Positions 62,537-64,000 of a stretch of DNA of 64,000 nt are shown here, one piece after another. Numbering within the stretch: position 1 is the stretch's first letter; every line of letters begins with the position of its first letter. The notes under the pieces were generated by a model. That model saw nothing but the letters and a program-made list of their open reading frames with translations. It ran no database searches and was not told where the DNA came from. The position numbers and the translations under genes are program-made. The stretch is from Patellaria atrata CBS 101060 (lineage: Eukaryota): contig MU006098.1 of assembly GCA_010093705.1 (NCBI GenBank), positions 696,666-760,665 of the forward strand, read 5' to 3'.

Positions 62537-64000
62537 TCAATTCTTCCCTATCTTCGTACTAACCCACCCCTCCACAATCAACGCTGACAAGCCTACAAAC
62601 GTCATCCCTCCCTCCAACAACCCCAAAAATGGTACATCAACACCGAATTCCCTCCATCCCCAACTCCTCAGCTCAGCCCCTATCATAGAGTCCAGCCCAT
62701 ACGACACTAGACTCTTCTCGGGATCAACTTTGTCCGCGGGCAGCAAAACGAGCTTCGAGAACCGGGCCAGGAGGAGCGTGAGAATAGCTTGATTGAGGGA
62801 AGCGGGGTCCGCATGATAGACATCCGTAAGGAGTTGTTGAGTCGATTGAGCAGAAGAAGATGTAGCAGCAGCGGCGGAGGGGTTAGTATTAGAGGCAATA
62901 GACGGGTTGAGGGATGAAGCGCTAGTGAGATCCATATGAAGGACCAAGTTCCGAAGTCGATTATCCCTCAACCACAGACTCTTTCCCCCGGCCCTACTGA
63001 TCCTCGTCGCGTCCACCCCCGTCACCACATGACTCGCAGTCGCCTTGTCGTACGCCCATCTCGCATCCACGGCCCCCAGATTGCGTCGTCGACACGCGAG
63101 ATCCATGTAGCGAAGGTACTCCGAGACTCCGATCCCGTACATCCCGTTCCGCAACAGCGCTTTCTCGACCTCCGGATGCTCTTCCACGTGACCGGCGCCG
63201 AGTATCATTCCGAGCGCGATGCTGGTCGCTTGTAGGCCGAGCGCGTGGCGGTGTCGCGCCATGTGGTCGAGGAAGGCGTTGGCAGCGCAGTAGTTTGCTT
63301 GAGTTGCGGTGCCGATTGCGCCGATGACCGAAGATGCCATGACGAAAAAGTCGAGGTCTTGGTCTTTGAGCTGCTCGTGCAGGTTCAGTGTTCCGAATAG
63401 CTTGGGCGAGATGACGGAGGTGTAGGCCTCATGTGACATGTGGGTGAAGATGCTGTCTTTGACGACCATGGAGGCTTGGATGACGCCTTTGATGGGTGTT
63501 GGGGCCGCAGCGATGGCGCAGGCGATGTCCTCGCACGAAGTTACGGAACCGCGGATTACGGTTATGTTGAGAGTGGGGTATTTGAGGGTGCGAAGCTCGT
63601 CGAGCTCGGAAATCAGTGCAGACGCGACGGGTTTGGAGGAGCCAGTGCGGGAGAGGTAGATGAGGTTGCGGGCGCCGTGGGAGACCATCCAGGCTGTTAG
63701 GCTGCGTCCCAGACCTCCGAGACAGCCTATTAGAAGATAGGAAGCTTCGGGGTTGAATTCGATCGGTGCTGGAGGTGTATAGATGGGAACCATTGTTGTG
63801 GGATTGCTTGATACTACCACACGGCCGTGGTAATCAGGGTTTTCGGCGACTATAATTGCATCTTTCAGTTCTGATAAGTCAAATGATTTTGATGGAATTG
63901 AAATAGTGTGCCGCCTTATCAAGCCAACTGCTTCCACTAGATATTCTTCCAGCCGTGAACTTTCAGCAGAGAGAACATCGAGGATATTTACACAATTTAT
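62537..64000 (-). CDS. Reducing iterative type I polyketide synthase, C-terminal part (ER end, KR, ACP); 5' part lies beyond the window
   Basis: KR motifs YLLIGCLGGLGRS, GARNLIYLSR, LDFFVMASS, QANYCAAN; ACP motif YGLDSMIGAELR; frame open to the window edge. Confidence 0.92.
   Translation of the reverse strand: MNCVNILDVLSAESSRLEEYLVEAVGLIRRHTISIPSKSFDLSELKDAIIVAENPDYHGRVVVSSNPTTMVPIYTPPAPIEFNPEASYLLIGCLGGLGRSLTAWMVSHGARNLIYLSRTGSSKPVASALISELDELRTLKYPTLNITVIRGSVTSCEDIACAIAAAPTPIKGVIQASMVVKDSIFTHMSHEAYTSVISPKLFGTLNLHEQLKDQDLDFFVMASSVIGAIGTATQANYCAANAFLDHMARHRHALGLQATSIALGMILGAGHVEEHPEVEKALLRNGMYGIGVSEYLRYMDLACRRRNLGAVDARWAYDKATASHVVTGVDATRISRAGGKSLWLRDNRLRNLVLHMDLTSASSLNPSIASNTNPSAAAATSSSAQSTQQLLTDVYHADPASLNQAILTLLLARFSKLVLLPADKVDPEKSLVSYGLDSMIGAELRSWGWREFGVDVPFLGLLEGGMTFVGLSALIVEGWVSTKIGKN

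Noticed and set aside
1..64000. tRNA, rRNA, CRISPR or riboswitch
   Set aside because: GTTCGA occurrences (e.g. near 17377, 23768, 42512) lack cloverleaf context. The only short array has no spacers, and I saw no TPP aptamer signature in the long introns.

Overview
Intron-containing genomic DNA from a filamentous ascomycete (Pezizomycotina-type GT..CTRAY..YAG/AAG introns). The window is gene-dense, with about 26 protein-coding loci plus one pseudogene. Housekeeping genes include a general amino-acid permease, CSN1, a GT34 glycosyltransferase, a myosin regulatory light chain-like protein, MesA/Afi1, an Rdx/SelW-like protein, an ATS1-like RCC1 protein, RPS16, a Bud7/ChAPs exomer subunit, HIR3 and a DUF3292-like protein. 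The divergent D-galacturonate catabolism pair gaaC/gaaA, several hydrolases and the 3' end of a reducing PKS (right edge) are also present. The most notable candidate novelty is a secreted, probably GPI-anchored protein with three SPTESxGCEPHGDHWHCDGP repeats and a His/Glu-rich linker (24048-25156). Its promoter carries ZafA/Zap1-like zinc-response motifs, suggesting a surface zinc-scavenging protein. Other points of interest are a stand-alone atypical receiver domain, a pseudogene whose premature stops can all be explained by CA>TA (RIP-like) changes, a probable solo LTR, structured long introns and clusters of TACWGTA palindromes. I saw no tRNA, rRNA or CRISPR. All gene models were spliced by eye and family calls are from motif recognition, not database searches.
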